Made by a program: the position numbers and the translations under genes
In this document: positions 48,585 to 60,440 of the stretch, piece after piece
Position numbering within the stretch: position 1 is the stretch's first letter
How the letters are laid out: each line of letters starts with the position of its first letter
Assembly: GCA_003693705.1 (NCBI GenBank)
Contig: RBZT01000578.1
Location: forward strand, 236,240-300,239
DNA length: 64,000 nt
Reading direction: 5' to 3'
Origin: Polymyxa betae A26-41
Taxonomy: Eukaryota; Protista; Endomyxa: Phytomyxea
Notes under the pieces: generated by a model
Seen by the model: only the letters and a program-made list of their open reading frames with translations
What the model was told of the DNA's origin: nothing
Databases searched by the model: none

Positions 48585-49973
48585 ATGATATTCTCGAATG
48601 CGGTCTCTTCTCCTCAGATGCCCCTAACACCAATTACACCTTCGTCAGCATGCCGATTCATTCCATCCCGACAGCGTCAGTCGACGCCGTGGCATGAGCA
48701 TTGCGCTAGGAAGCTGTTTGATGGCATTCGCGAGAGACGAGACCGCCCCGACAAACCGCCAAATTTTCATGATGATCACGTATCGGCTAACAGGCGGCTA
48801 TTGGCGGCCATATTCGAGACTGATGTCACTCCACGCCTGACAAAAATTCTCCAATTTCGGTTGCCGATGTCATCTCATGAGAACGTCCCGGCTTCGCTCT
48901 GGAATGATTTTAACAGGAATAGAGAGCTGCCGGATCATATTGCTTCCCCTCGACGACATATCTCTTCGACACCTGAGAGGGTTCTGGATTCGCCCGACCT
49001 CGTCGACGACTACTACTTGAATTTGCTACATTGGAGTGCACAGAATGTCATTGCTGTGGCATTATCTGATTGTGTGTACACATGGCATGCGGCGACAGCA
49101 ACGACAACCCTGCTGACAAGCACCTCGAATCCACGCGATTCAGTAACCTCCTTGCGCTGGTCTGACGACGGTGCCACATTGGCGATCGGAACAAATTCAT
49201 CAGCTCTGCAGATCTGGGACGTCGCCAGCCGTCGGAACATTCGAACAATACACGGACACCAAGGTCGCATATCGGTGTCGGCGTGGAAGCAAAGGTCACG
49301 CCATGTGCTCACGACAGGCAGTCGCGATAACATGATCAAGCAGCATGACATCCGGCAAGCAAACGCCACGACGATGACATTGGGTGGTCATTCACAAGAG
49401 GTGTGCGGATTACAATGGAGCCCAGATGGGACCCAATTGGCATCAGGCAGCAATGACAATCTGGCGAAAATCTGGGACGCCAATGCCATGTCATCTGGGA
49501 GGCCGCCCCGCCTCACTCTTGACAAGCATGTGGCTGCAGTCAAGGCAATCGCTTGGTGTCCATGGCAGTCTCGTCTTCTTGCTACAGGTGGAGGCACAGC
49601 TGATCGCTGTATTCGATTTTGGAACAGCAGCGATGGCGTCTGCCTCGGCGGTGTTGATACTCAAAGCCAAGTCTGCGGATTAGTCTGGAGCGCGCATGAT
49701 AGGGAGCTGCTAAGCGCTCATGGGTTTTCAAAGAATCAGTTGACAATCTGGAGCTACCCGCATATGGCGCGAGTTGCTGATTTGGTTGGACACTCAGCTC
49801 GTGTGCTGCACCTGACTCTCTCTCCCGATTGCACTACAGTCTGCTCGGCATCAGCTGACGAAACATTGCGACTGTGGAAAGTGTTTCGACCAGCGCCTGA
49901 ACGGAAGCGAGCGGTGACGTCTCAGGAACGGTCAAAAACGCGAGGGTTCCTTCGAACACTTGAATTTCGATGA
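48585..49973 (+). CDS. CDC20: CDC20/Fizzy-family APC/C activator (intronless)
   Basis: C-box-like CRFIPSR, KILQF, PERVLDSPDLVDDYYLNLL, GHSQEVCGLQWS, HVAAVKAIAWCPWQ, ATGGGTADR, SADETLRLW. Confidence 0.95.
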   Translation: MIFSNAVSSPQMPLTPITPSSACRFIPSRQRQSTPWHEHCARKLFDGIRERRDRPDKPPNFHDDHVSANRRLLAAIFETDVTPRLTKILQFRLPMSSHENVPASLWNDFNRNRELPDHIASPRRHISSTPERVLDSPDLVDDYYLNLLHWSAQNVIAVALSDCVYTWHAATATTTLLTSTSNPRDSVTSLRWSDDGATLAIGTNSSALQIWDVASRRNIRTIHGHQGRISVSAWKQRSRHVLTTGSRDNMIKQHDIRQANATTMTLGGHSQEVCGLQWSPDGTQLASGSNDNLAKIWDANAMSSGRPPRLTLDKHVAAVKAIAWCPWQSRLLATGGGTADRCIRFWNSSDGVCLGGVDTQSQVCGLVWSAHDRELLSAHGFSKNQLTIWSYPHMARVADLVGHSARVLHLTLSPDCTTVCSASADETLRLWKVFRPAPERKRAVTSQERSKTRGFLRTLEFR

Positions 49974-50172
49974 AAAGTCTATAGATGCATACATGTATTT
50001 ATACAAATCACAAACAGAAAAAATCAATAACGTGTTCTATCCATCTGTTAGTGAAAATGCAAAATTTAATCGCAGTTTTTGAAAACTGTGGCGATACCGC
50101 CTCAGTAAGGACAGTTAGTGGAAGTTACAGTGATAGAAACCAGTGACGTGTTCAAGTTCGCAGGCGCCAGGC

Positions 50173-51086
50173 ATGGCTGACATCTATCATGATCTTGAAC
50201 AGTCACCGAGGCCATCTCGATCCAATGTCGATCCGTTTTATGCTGTGAAAGAGTTCGTGATTTCATCAGTAAATTTGCCGGGTTTGATCTGTGCTTTCAG
50301 AGAATTGCAAAATGATGTTCGGCTATTGACAAGCGATCGAGAGAGTTTAGTTGAGATTGCCAGCCGAGATGATGAACCAACTGATGCGGAACTCAACAGA
50401 GCTGCTCGTGCGGTCAAAAGTCGGTGCAAAAGAATTGAGCAGCAAGTGAAAGACCTCTCCCGAACGATTGATCAGGTTGAGAAGCAACGCTCACGTTTTC
50501 CGAATATAGACGACAAGGAGCTTTTCACGAGGAAAAAGTTCATCAGCGATGTGAAAGCTATTGCACGCGAGACTCGCGATGAGCTTGCGAAGCATACCAG
50601 TGCCTCTAAGAATCAGGCCTCTGGAAAATCAGCAAAGAAGTCGTCAGTGGCCGTAAATCAAGACACTCCTGCAAGTTCTTCTGCAGGAGGCCCTCGTCGA
50701 GTGCCTGTAGCCCAGCAGGTTGGGCTCGACGTGCTTGAGGGCTAGTATTCTAATCGTCTCATAGATGGTTGAAGCTGAACAAGAAGTTCATTTGGACGAT
50801 ATGATGAGCTCATTGCAAAGACTAGGAGTCATGGGTCAACAAGTGGGAGAAGAGCTAGAGCAGCAGAAGGTGCTTTTAGGGAATTTGGATGAAGATTTGG
50901 ACGATACAGGCAACCGAATGGAGAATGTCATGAGAAAATTAGACAAACTAATTGGGACATCAAGTAATTCAATGATAACATGCTTACCTGTGCATCTAAT
51001 TTGTTGCAGATACAGGCAAACTTTGGATCATTTTGTTCTTAACATTACTGTTAATTCTTCTCATCTTTTGTATCGTCTATTTGTAA
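50173..51086 (+). CDS. STX6: Syntaxin-6/Tlg1/SYP61 Qc-SNARE
   Basis: DPFYAVK, RFPNIDDKELFTRKKFI, SNARE motif QEVHLDDMMSSLQRLGVMGQQVGEELEQQ, C-terminal TM LWIILFLTLLLILLIFCIVYL*. Confidence 0.93.
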
Positions 51087-51365
51087 ATGCCGGATCCGTT
51101 CTCGTAATCTATCGAAGTAGATGCTTAATATTCTTTACAACTACTACTAAACTATTCAATACCTAGCATGTGCTTAACCGCGGCTTCTGCTTTTAGTCCA
51201 TATATATTTACATTTAAGATTCACCTGCTGGCTCTCTTTTCTGAAATTCGATCAGAGACTTTGCTCAGCTTTCAAAACTGCGTCTAGGCGAGACGACATG
51301 ATACGACTTCGATGATGTTGTGACGGATGGATCTACGCATCATGCAGAACTGAGTTGTCTCTGCA

Positions 51366-52973
51366 ATGTGGCGGCGGCTACCGCTGCGTCTTACACAGTT
51401 TTTCGTCGTTGGCTCTGCAGGCACTGCTGTATGGACATTCGCCGGCCCATTCTATAACAGCCGCCCTTTTTTTCAAAGTGCTTTTGCTGAAAGCCAAGCC
51501 ATTCCGAGTCCAGATATCGATGTCAACCGTGACCGCTTACGGCTGTTTTCTGGAACTGCTAACCGAGGCTTGGCTGAAGATGTTGCTAAGATCTTAGGAG
51601 TCTCTGTCGGTGATATGAAAGTTGAGCGCTTTCAGGACGGCGAAGTATCAGCGAATGATAAAGATCGAACCGTTCGGTTTATTATGGCTTTAGGTATCGA
51701 TTCAAGTGAAAGAAAACGTACGTGGCAAAGATGTGTACATCATTCAGTCAACAGGACCCCCTATCAACGATAATATTATCGAATTATTGGTAAATTACGA
51801 CCTAGACCATTCAGTTAATTGCTAATCGCTAGTAAACAGCTTTTAGTGTCTACTATGCGCCGAGCATCAGCTAAACACATTACTTGTGTTATACCATATT
51901 ATGGGTTGGTCGTAGTTCTATCGGGCAGAACTGTTCCCTTAGTTTATGGCGTTGCTGTCAGGTATTCTAGGCAAGATCGAAAGCGTCAGGCGCGAGATAC
52001 TATTGCAGCTGCTGATGTCGCTCGAATGCTTGAAGCAGTCGGCGTTGATCAGGTCATATCGGTGGATCTGCATAGCGGTCAGATCCAGGGTTTCTTTAGG
52101 TAGAAACTTGCTATTTTCGGATCGTCGACTCAAAATGGAACGGTAGCAAGCTAACGCCTGTCGAGAATCTTTGTGTTTTTCACGAGGTGGTCACTGTGTA
52201 CAGCTTTGATCGAATGCTGAGCTAATACTGCTTAGCTCTTCGCACCTCATTTTGTTAAGAAAACCCTTCACCGGCCTGTTGTTGTTAGCACTAGTGGAAC
52301 AGGTTTACAGCGAGTGAATCGATTCAGGGATGAATTGCATCTGCAAGGAATCGGTAAACTTGTCTTAATCTGAATTTTCTTATTGATTACTTTTCCAGAG
52401 GCCAGTCTTGCATTTGTGACTCCAACTGACCAAACTGGTGTTGTGGTTCCTGGTCAAGAACATCATCGTGTGCATGAACAGGTTTGATAGTTTGCCGATG
52501 CGGTTTGTTGCACTCAGCAATCATAGGAAACGATGATTTTGGTCGGCGACGTTCGAGATTGCGATTGCATCATTGTAGATGATATCACAGATACTGGGTC
52601 CAGAATACGTCTTGCTGCACATACAATCAAGCAGAAAGGCGCCAATCGTATTTACGCCTGTACTACTCATGGGTAGCTTGCAACATTGCGGTTTGTCTTT
52701 CAGTGAAAAATGACTTGAAACCAGAGTACTCTCAAACATAGAAATTAATAAGACGTTAGATCGATCTCCACTAGAAGAACTTGTCCTTACAAATACATTG
52801 CAAAGGCCAGAGGTAACTTGGATCATGTAAGATATTAATGACGCTCTGAGGCGTTTTTTTAGTATGCAACATCCCCCAAGATCCGCTACCTGAGCGTCGC
52901 ACCGCTTTTGGCAGATACCATCTTTAGAATCCACTTGGGGTTGCCTCTTAGTCAGAATTCGCAGCAGTTCTGA
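51366..52973 (+). CDS. Ribose-phosphate pyrophosphokinase-like protein with N-terminal targeting peptide (about 10 introns)
   Basis: [71 protein letters not shown]; several catalytic motifs altered. Confidence 0.9.
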
Positions 52974-53168
52974 CGGTCTTATAATTTAGCAATTAAAAAA
53001 ATACAGATAAGCGAATTTTCATCTCGGTCGTATGTTTGTTCTCCGTTATTTGGATTTTATCGGCAACAGCTAATTTTGGAATGCGTCAGTGCTAGAGGGC
53101 ACTTAAGAGTTGCAACCACTTCAGCATTAGAGCGGCGTCGCGGTGCAAATCCGAACAATCACTTCGTT

Positions 53169-54551
53169 ATGGTTTCGCCTGCGTCGCCTCCAAAGCCTTC
53201 TTATCGAGGAGCCGACCCCGACGGGTTCGCAAACCCAACCGTCTTCAAACGATGGCCTGTCATTCTCGATCAAGTTATCGATGATTTACGTCAAAGTAAA
53301 ATTTCGTCTATTATGCATTGCTGAGTACTGATATTTCCAAATATGTAGGCCAGCAGTCGTCTGATGTTTGTCAGCAAATTGCTCAAGTTCAGATGGAAAT
53401 CGTTAAAGAAAAGCCGATGCCGGATTTATTGGACGATCACGAGCCGGACTATAAGCAATGGAACGAAGCCGTAAACGAATACTTCCCGAATACTTCATAT
53501 AGCAAAGCGTCTTGGCTTTTCGCCGAATGTTATCTTTACCGACGTATTTGGAATATCATCAAATGCTCATCCTCTAAAACCGATTATGATCCTTTCCATT
53601 CTCGTAAAAAAACATCCTTGTCGCAGTCATTCTCTAAGATGATTTCTTCTTCCAAGCGTTTGTTGTCACTTATGAGCTCTCGATCCCCTATAGTAACACG
53701 AGATCTGCTTTTGATGTCTCTATGGGGAAACGCTACTGACCTAAGCATGTTTGCTGGACTTTCGCAGTCTGAAATGGACTCCATGACTGCTAGTTCTGGA
53801 GAAGAGAATATTATCAGTAATGATCTTGATCAAGTATGTGATTTTCTCGATAAACAACGTGATGGGTGCATCGATTTTATCCTTGACAACAGCGGTAAAG
53901 TCCCTTCTTCGAATTGTAGTCAATATGTTAAACTATTCAGGTTTTGAGCTATTCGGCGACTTCCTGTTAGCTGACCATTTACATCGAATTGGTGTTGCAA
54001 CAAAAACCGTTTTCCACTGCAAATCGATTCCCTGGTTTGTGTCTGATACTACACAAAACGATGTTGAAGAATTGCTAACTACAATGGAAAATCCATCTTT
54101 GATGCTTGGTAACGGAGTGCATGACGTCGAAGAATTGCTAAGTTTTGCAAAAACATGGAGAGGGTATCTAGCCCGTGGTGAATGGGTATTGAGATCAAGC
54201 CAGTTCTGGACATCCTGGTGGGCATATTGTCATCTTCCTCAAGTTGATCCAGGATTATTCTCAGAACTGTCTAAATCTTCGCTAGTGATCTTCAAAGGAG
54301 ACCTCAATTATCGCAAGCTTATATATGATTGTCGGTGGCCATCCACAACACCATTTAAAGAAGCAATTGGGCGTATCATTGCAGATTCACTGCCGCTGGT
54401 TGCATTACGGACAAACAAATCGGACCCTTGCGTTGGTTTGCCATCAGGCAAAGAACAAGAGTTGCTGGATGCTGGATATCAAGACTGGAGTTGGAGTGGA
54501 AAATTTGCGATTGTTCAATTTTCTTGTCCTCGAGGCCAGACTCATTGTTGA
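53169..54551 (+). CDS. ARMT1: ARMT1/DUF89 damage-control phosphatase
   Basis: RWPVIL, WLFAECYLYRRI, LWGNATDLS, DNSGFELFGD, PWFVSD, FKGDLNYRKL, LRTNKSD; 2 introns. Confidence 0.95.
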
Positions 54552-54990
54552 ATGAAGCAATTCCAAATATATGAAGCACTAAAGCAATATTTCGAAAAGC
54601 AGCCCTTGCTGTATCATGTCCCACCGTTTCAGTTCATGTCTAAGATAGGAACCAAGAATGCATTTCGATTTCTTTAATATCTGACACCTCACAAGACGTC
54701 AAGGCATCAAAAATTTCAGCTTAGCGAATCTTCGATTCGGCATAATGGCCTTTCTCCAACGTTTTGCCAATAGAGTCTCCGCTTCAATCACAGCCATGTC
54801 AGTGGTCCCCCAACTGATTAGACACTGTCGACGTGTATGTTGACGAGGATCCTTCAAGAGCCTTTTACAGACTGCCAATGACATGGACTGAACCTCAGTG
54901 GATCCCACACTCAGAGGCCCGTGTAATCAGGCGCCGACTGGGCCTTGCCACTAGATTACCAATAGCTCTTGATTGATTTGCATTATAACA

Positions 54991-56082
54991 ATGTCAATCG
55001 AATCTCTCCTGGGGGAATGGTCCAATCTGAATGTGGAATCAGAACCAACGTCATTCAAGGCTAGCCTCCTTACGTTCTGTCGTTGGCGTGCCAAGCCAAT
55101 ATCAGTTCATTTATCAGCTTCTATGACAGTCAAACAGGTTAAGGATTTCCTAAAGCACGATGTTCGTATTGGGCGGAATGTCAGCGACTTGCCCAAGCTC
55201 AGGACAATGAAGTCGGATTTAGAAGTTAAGCCTTATGAAGACCATGTACCTCCTGAAGCGAAACCCACGGTGCTATTCATGATCTGCTCAATCTTTCACG
55301 ATCTCTTCCAGAAGAATCCAAAGTTAACCTCTGAGGAACTCATCGAAACGCTTTCAGATTTTGACCTAATAATGGCCCGGAACCCTCTTAAAAACATACT
55401 TTGCTGCGATCGATATGACAACTGGGTCCTCAATGCATACAGGCCGATTAAAGACGGACCTCTGCTTATCGAGCGTTCTGAGAGCTACGAGACTAACCCT
55501 GGATCTATTGGGATGCAATTCAAGCATGCAATGGTCAATAAGTCACTATATCATCGAGTTTATGCAATTCATGATGTCAAGCTTAACGAACTTCATATTG
55601 CACTATCTGGAGCTCTTGACTGTGTAGATGACGATGGTGAGATCGTTGCATTGAAAACGAAGCCCTCTTGGGCAAACCCTCTAAGAAATGATCGTGATGT
55701 CGATTCCTTGCTTCAAGCGAAACTAGGAGGCACAACAAGTATGGTAATAGGACAATTTTCAGCTCCAAGAGGTCAAAAACAGGGTCCTGTAATGTTCAAG
55801 CAATCGAACATCCAGAAATTCAACATCGACGATTATCCGAATAAGCTGGTGTCACAGAAAGCTGAGTTACGTCTTCGGAGCTGTCACAAGCTCTTACAAG
55901 CCATTGTCAAGAAGTGCCCCAAGAATTCGGTGATTTATCAAGTATCTGGACGCGGGTATAACTGTGCAAGGATCATTGTTGAAGAGAATGTTGTTGATGA
56001 GACCCAGCTTCCAATCTCCCAAACTGTTATCAATTGTGCAAAGGCTATTGCAGGGGAAACCACTCCCATCATGATCGAATGA
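54991..56082 (+). CDS. Rai1/DXO-like PD-(D/E)XK-fold protein, probably catalytically inactive (intronless)
   Basis: DLIMARNPLKNIL, GMQFK, LSGALDCVDDDGEIVALKT, LLQAKLGG..MVIG occur in the order of the DXO motifs. Confidence 0.7.
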   Translation: MSIESLLGEWSNLNVESEPTSFKASLLTFCRWRAKPISVHLSASMTVKQVKDFLKHDVRIGRNVSDLPKLRTMKSDLEVKPYEDHVPPEAKPTVLFMICSIFHDLFQKNPKLTSEELIETLSDFDLIMARNPLKNILCCDRYDNWVLNAYRPIKDGPLLIERSESYETNPGSIGMQFKHAMVNKSLYHRVYAIHDVKLNELHIALSGALDCVDDDGEIVALKTKPSWANPLRNDRDVDSLLQAKLGGTTSMVIGQFSAPRGQKQGPVMFKQSNIQKFNIDDYPNKLVSQKAELRLRSCHKLLQAIVKKCPKNSVIYQVSGRGYNCARIIVEENVVDETQLPISQTVINCAKAIAGETTPIMIE

Positions 56083-56542
56083 AGCTAATCGCAGTTTGTA
56101 ATCAAGTACATAGTCGAAGATAATATTGAAATCTCATCAGTCTTTGCCTTACGTCAGAATGGTATTACAAATTTGTCTATTATTTTGTTCGATCTTGGTT
56201 GCGGTCGTTAGGGTTTCGCTCCAGAGGTGCTGGGCAATGACTGGTGGGAAGTCAGCATTCATCAATGTTAGATCGTCTTTGTCTTTATGGTATATGCAAG
56301 GGTTTCTGAATAGAGCTTTCGATTCGACATTGTCTTCTGAGGCCGCTTAATGCGACCCGAATTGATCCGGTTTACATCAGGTGTCGTTACGTTTTGCAGT
56401 TGGCGATTCATTTACAATCAGTACAGCCATAGGCCTCACCAACGGCATCTGTCGTCTGCGAAGTTAGCATCGGCTACAGCGGGCACCACCAGCTTAAATC
56501 TACAAGTTACTCTAACACAACAAGCGTTGATAGCAGCATTTC

Positions 56543-58248
56543 ATGTCAGACTGCCCCTTTCTACCATATCGAAAGCAAATGTTTTTTTTTCTGCTTCTGT
56601 ACTCATGGTATCAAGTGCGCAATCGCGTTTTCTCGTTGGACTTCATGATTCCAGAGAGTTGTTCTCGTCGTCATACTGTTAAATTACATTATTTCTGTCC
56701 TGATGAGATAACTGCTTTACGTTCGAATTTACTGACGTGGTTTGATGGCTTTCGACGATTACTGCCTTGGAGAGGCGATTCTGCCCCATATTCTTGCAGT
56801 AGTGATTCGTACGTGATTAGTGTCAGATCTCGATTCTATTTAACAGAAGAGAGCTTAGACCTGGGCCAACTGTAGCAAAGGATCCTTATGCAGTCTGGGT
56901 TTCTGAAATTATGCTTCAACAAACTCGAGTCGAAACTGTATGCTGCCAAGCTGTTTATCGTCCTTGGCCTTTGAATATGTGCTCTACCTAGGTCATCCCG
57001 TACTTTGAAATCTGGATGCGTCGGTTTCCCACAATCGAATCGCTTGCTGAAGCCACTATTGAAGTAAGGGGGCTCTGTGATAAGGGTTATCTGCAAATGG
57101 CTAAACTGGTTCTAGGATGTGAATACAGCCTGGGCTGGACTTGGTTATTATCGCCGAGCTAAATATCTACTTGATGGTGCCAGATTCGTTATGAATAAGT
57201 TAAAAGGCGAATTACCCGACAAAGTGCAAGGTTGCTTTGCTGTTTATTTACAACCGCTGAGTTAATCGCTGATAGAACTGAAGAGAATCCCCGGAATTGG
57301 CGATTATACAGCCGGGGCGATCGCCTCCATCGCTTTTAACCAGCCTACACCCGTCGTCGGTATTTGATATGCGTTTTAGACGCGCTCTTTATATTTGCCC
57401 TAAAAGCCAACAATCTAGATGGGAATGTCATTCGTGTATTCTCGAGATTACGAGCTGTTGCAGCTGCTCCGAACAACCCGAAGGGTGTCAAGGTCGGTTA
57501 CAAAATTTCACTTTGTCTCAATACTTCATTCATCGATTACTTACTTTTAGCTACACTGGAAGCTGGCTGCTGAGGTCGTCGATGTGCAACGTCCTGGCGA
57601 TTTCAACCAGGCGCTCATGGAGCTAGGAGCCACAGTTTGCAATCAGTGGAATGCTCAATGCGAAGTCTGCCCTCTACAGAGGATATGTTTGTCGTATCGA
57701 GAAACGGATGCAGGTAGACCACAGCTGGCCGATATTGAAGATTGCTGCGACATCTGTGCCGACGAAAACGAAATCGTTGCACCAATCGGCGACGTATTGC
57801 GATATCCATTGCCGAAGATTAAAGCAAAACAACGGCTGGAGACTACAAAGGTCTGCTGCCTTGAAACTGAAGAGGGTTTTTTACTAATCAAACGAGACGA
57901 CAAGGTATTTTCATCGTTATGGTTGGGCTCATGCTGATTAGCGATTAGGGTCTGTTAGCGGGCCAATGGGAATTTCCTTGCTGGGAACGTCATGGATCTC
58001 AGCTGAATCGATTGCTGTCTTCAGCTTCATCGAAGCCGCTTTCTGTCGGCTCTATACCTCACATCTTCTCGCATATCCGCCTGACGATTGACATCCAGTA
58101 TCTTTTCGTCCCGATCGTTCCCAAGCGCCATTTCCAAAAATTTCAAACGCGGTACATTCCGCGCGCCTCGTTTTTCGAATCACCTCTGACGACCGGAGTC
58201 CAGAAAGTGTTCAAAACTCTTCAAAAAAATCTATTTAAATCGGTCTAA
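56543..58248 (+). CDS. MUTYH: Adenine DNA glycosylase MutY/MUTYH
   Basis: LPWR, YAVWVSEIMLQQTRV, WAGLGYYRRA, HhH IPGIGDYTAGAIASIAF, VDGNV, GDFNQALMELGATVC, Fe-S cysteines, GLLAGQWEFP, HIFSH. Confidence 0.97.
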
Positions 58249-58507
58249 TATACTTAAAGCATTGTTTAGTTTTCACCATACTGCTCCTGTTATCCAATCT
58301 CATTTCAATTATTTACCTAATGTAAAAACGCCGCGCCATTTTTATTTAAAGTAACCGAAATACTCCGTTTTCAACAAAGAAACGAAATCTGTGGCTTATC
58401 GGTAACGTAACCGACTTTGAAGTTCAAACGTCTTGCAGTAAATCTGTGAGAATTGTCACGCACTCTTCCTAATGCCTTAGTTACCAGCGCTTGCTGGATT
58501 TTAGATC

Positions 58508-60384
58508 ATGGCGGGAGCTGCGACGACCACGATCAGACCCGATCTGGCCATGCTGCTTCCGGATTTGTTCCAGGACCCTGATCGGATTCTGATCAATGGT
58601 CCCGCCCAAATTGATGCTGCTTTGGTGCACTATCTGGTACTTTGACGATCAAATTCCATGGTAGTGATCTGACCTGGACCGGCCAGGATGAACTCAAGCT
58701 ATCGATGTCGTCGAATCTCGATGCTGTGGAAGCGGTGGAAGCGGCTGCCAAACGTTTGCAGGACGACACGCCGAAAATCTCGCAGCAAATCGATTTGCTT
58801 GCGACATCAACGAAAGTCGTCTTCGACAAAAATTCGGAATCTGCTAGACTGCTTCGCCAGCATTTGTTGGAGCTATCGTTCAATGAGAAAGCGCTCGCGG
58901 CTTTAAAGCTTGCAAATATCTGCCGACAAAAAATCGACGTCAATATTGATTGCGTCGATGCTGCGACGCAGCTGGTCCGGTCGCAAACTGCTTTATCGCA
59001 ATTGAGAGAGATTGTGGAACCTGATGATTGCGAGCTGAAACAACTAACAGCCTCAGTTAATTCCGATGCTGCTTCAGTTGTGAACAACAATGTTCTGAGC
59101 AGAACCTTTTTCGAATATGTTAAAGTCTCGAAACAGACATTGTCATTGGACAAGAAAAAGTCTCATCTGATCACATCTTTCAACCAAGCGGTTGCAATCT
59201 TGAATGCACCCGAAGCTGATCAGGTCCTTCTGTTAGGGTTTCATACTCTTCGAGCAGAATGCTGAAACTCTGACAGGTCTACACCAAGCTGAGGGCAACG
59301 TTCTGGAATGAAGTTCTCAATCCAATCCTTGGTGGGACATTTATCGATGTTCGTTGTTCATCATCTGAACGCCTCGAAATTATCAAACTTCGACGATCGA
59401 CGATTTTGAATAACGGAAATCAGAATGGGCATGAATTCGCCATTTTAAGTAATGCTGTCTGGTACTATTTCATACTCATTCTAAGAAACATGACCAGGAT
59501 TACGAGCGATAGAATCGGTTGTCAGATTGATGTTTGACAATGTATTCGGTGGATGTCAGGCCGTGTTATGTCGTCTGGGAAGGCATTTATGGCCGGATTT
59601 AAGCAGTGCTATTGTTGAGCAAGTTCTTCGTCCATCCGTACCTTCGTTTTGCACTGCGCTTGACCAGTATCGCTCAATCATGGATCCCGCTATCTCATCA
59701 TTCGTTGCCGCTCTGAGGCGATATCATTTCGTGCATGAACAGGGGCAAACGCCTCTTGACGCATTCCTTAGGGACTTGGATTCTATTTTTGGAGAAATTG
59801 TCTCCACGAGATTCGTAGCTCGGGCGCGAACGCTGGTGATGGATTTCAGGTTCACAATCTGGAGTGCAGAATCCAAATTCAAGTTCGAAGATGTTTCTGA
59901 GAAGTCCAGGGCTACCTGTCGTCAGATTACGATAGAATTCACACAAATGAACCCGAGTGCAAAAATTACCTGCAATGCTGTCGAATGTGCCCTGCTTGTT
60001 CATTTCTTACTTCAACAGGCAGATGATACGGATACTCCAGCCAATCTATCAGAGCACTTCCAGAATGCAGCCCGTGCTGTTTTGTTCGTCTTCGAATCTG
60101 TATCGCCCGTATTTCACGAGAAACTTTTCAGCAGCGAGCCTCCATATCGATCTCTGTATGCGATCAACTGCCTCCTGCTTTCCCATCATATGGCGCGAGC
60201 TGTCGTATTGTATAATCAACCTGAGCTTCTTCAGGTCAGCAACAGGTTAGCTCGTGCAGCTCGACTTACATTACTGTCTCAACGTCAATGGCTGCTGAGC
60301 TCAGCCGATCACTTTCGATTACGTGATAAACAGATCGATGCTCTGGACGTCTTAAATGTATTATATAAATCGTGGAGGCAATAA
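58508..60384 (+). CDS. ZW10: ZW10/Dsl1-like CATCHR tethering protein, appears short at the C-terminus
   Basis: LGRHLWPDLSSAIVEQVLRPSVP..LDQY, ARARTLV, LYAINCLLLSHH resemble ZW10 middle and C-terminal blocks. Confidence 0.7.
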
Positions 60385-60440
60385 TCGGTCCGATGTGAAT
60401 CTACTTTCGAGCTCGAACTCCGCTCTCTCATTTAGAGCCG

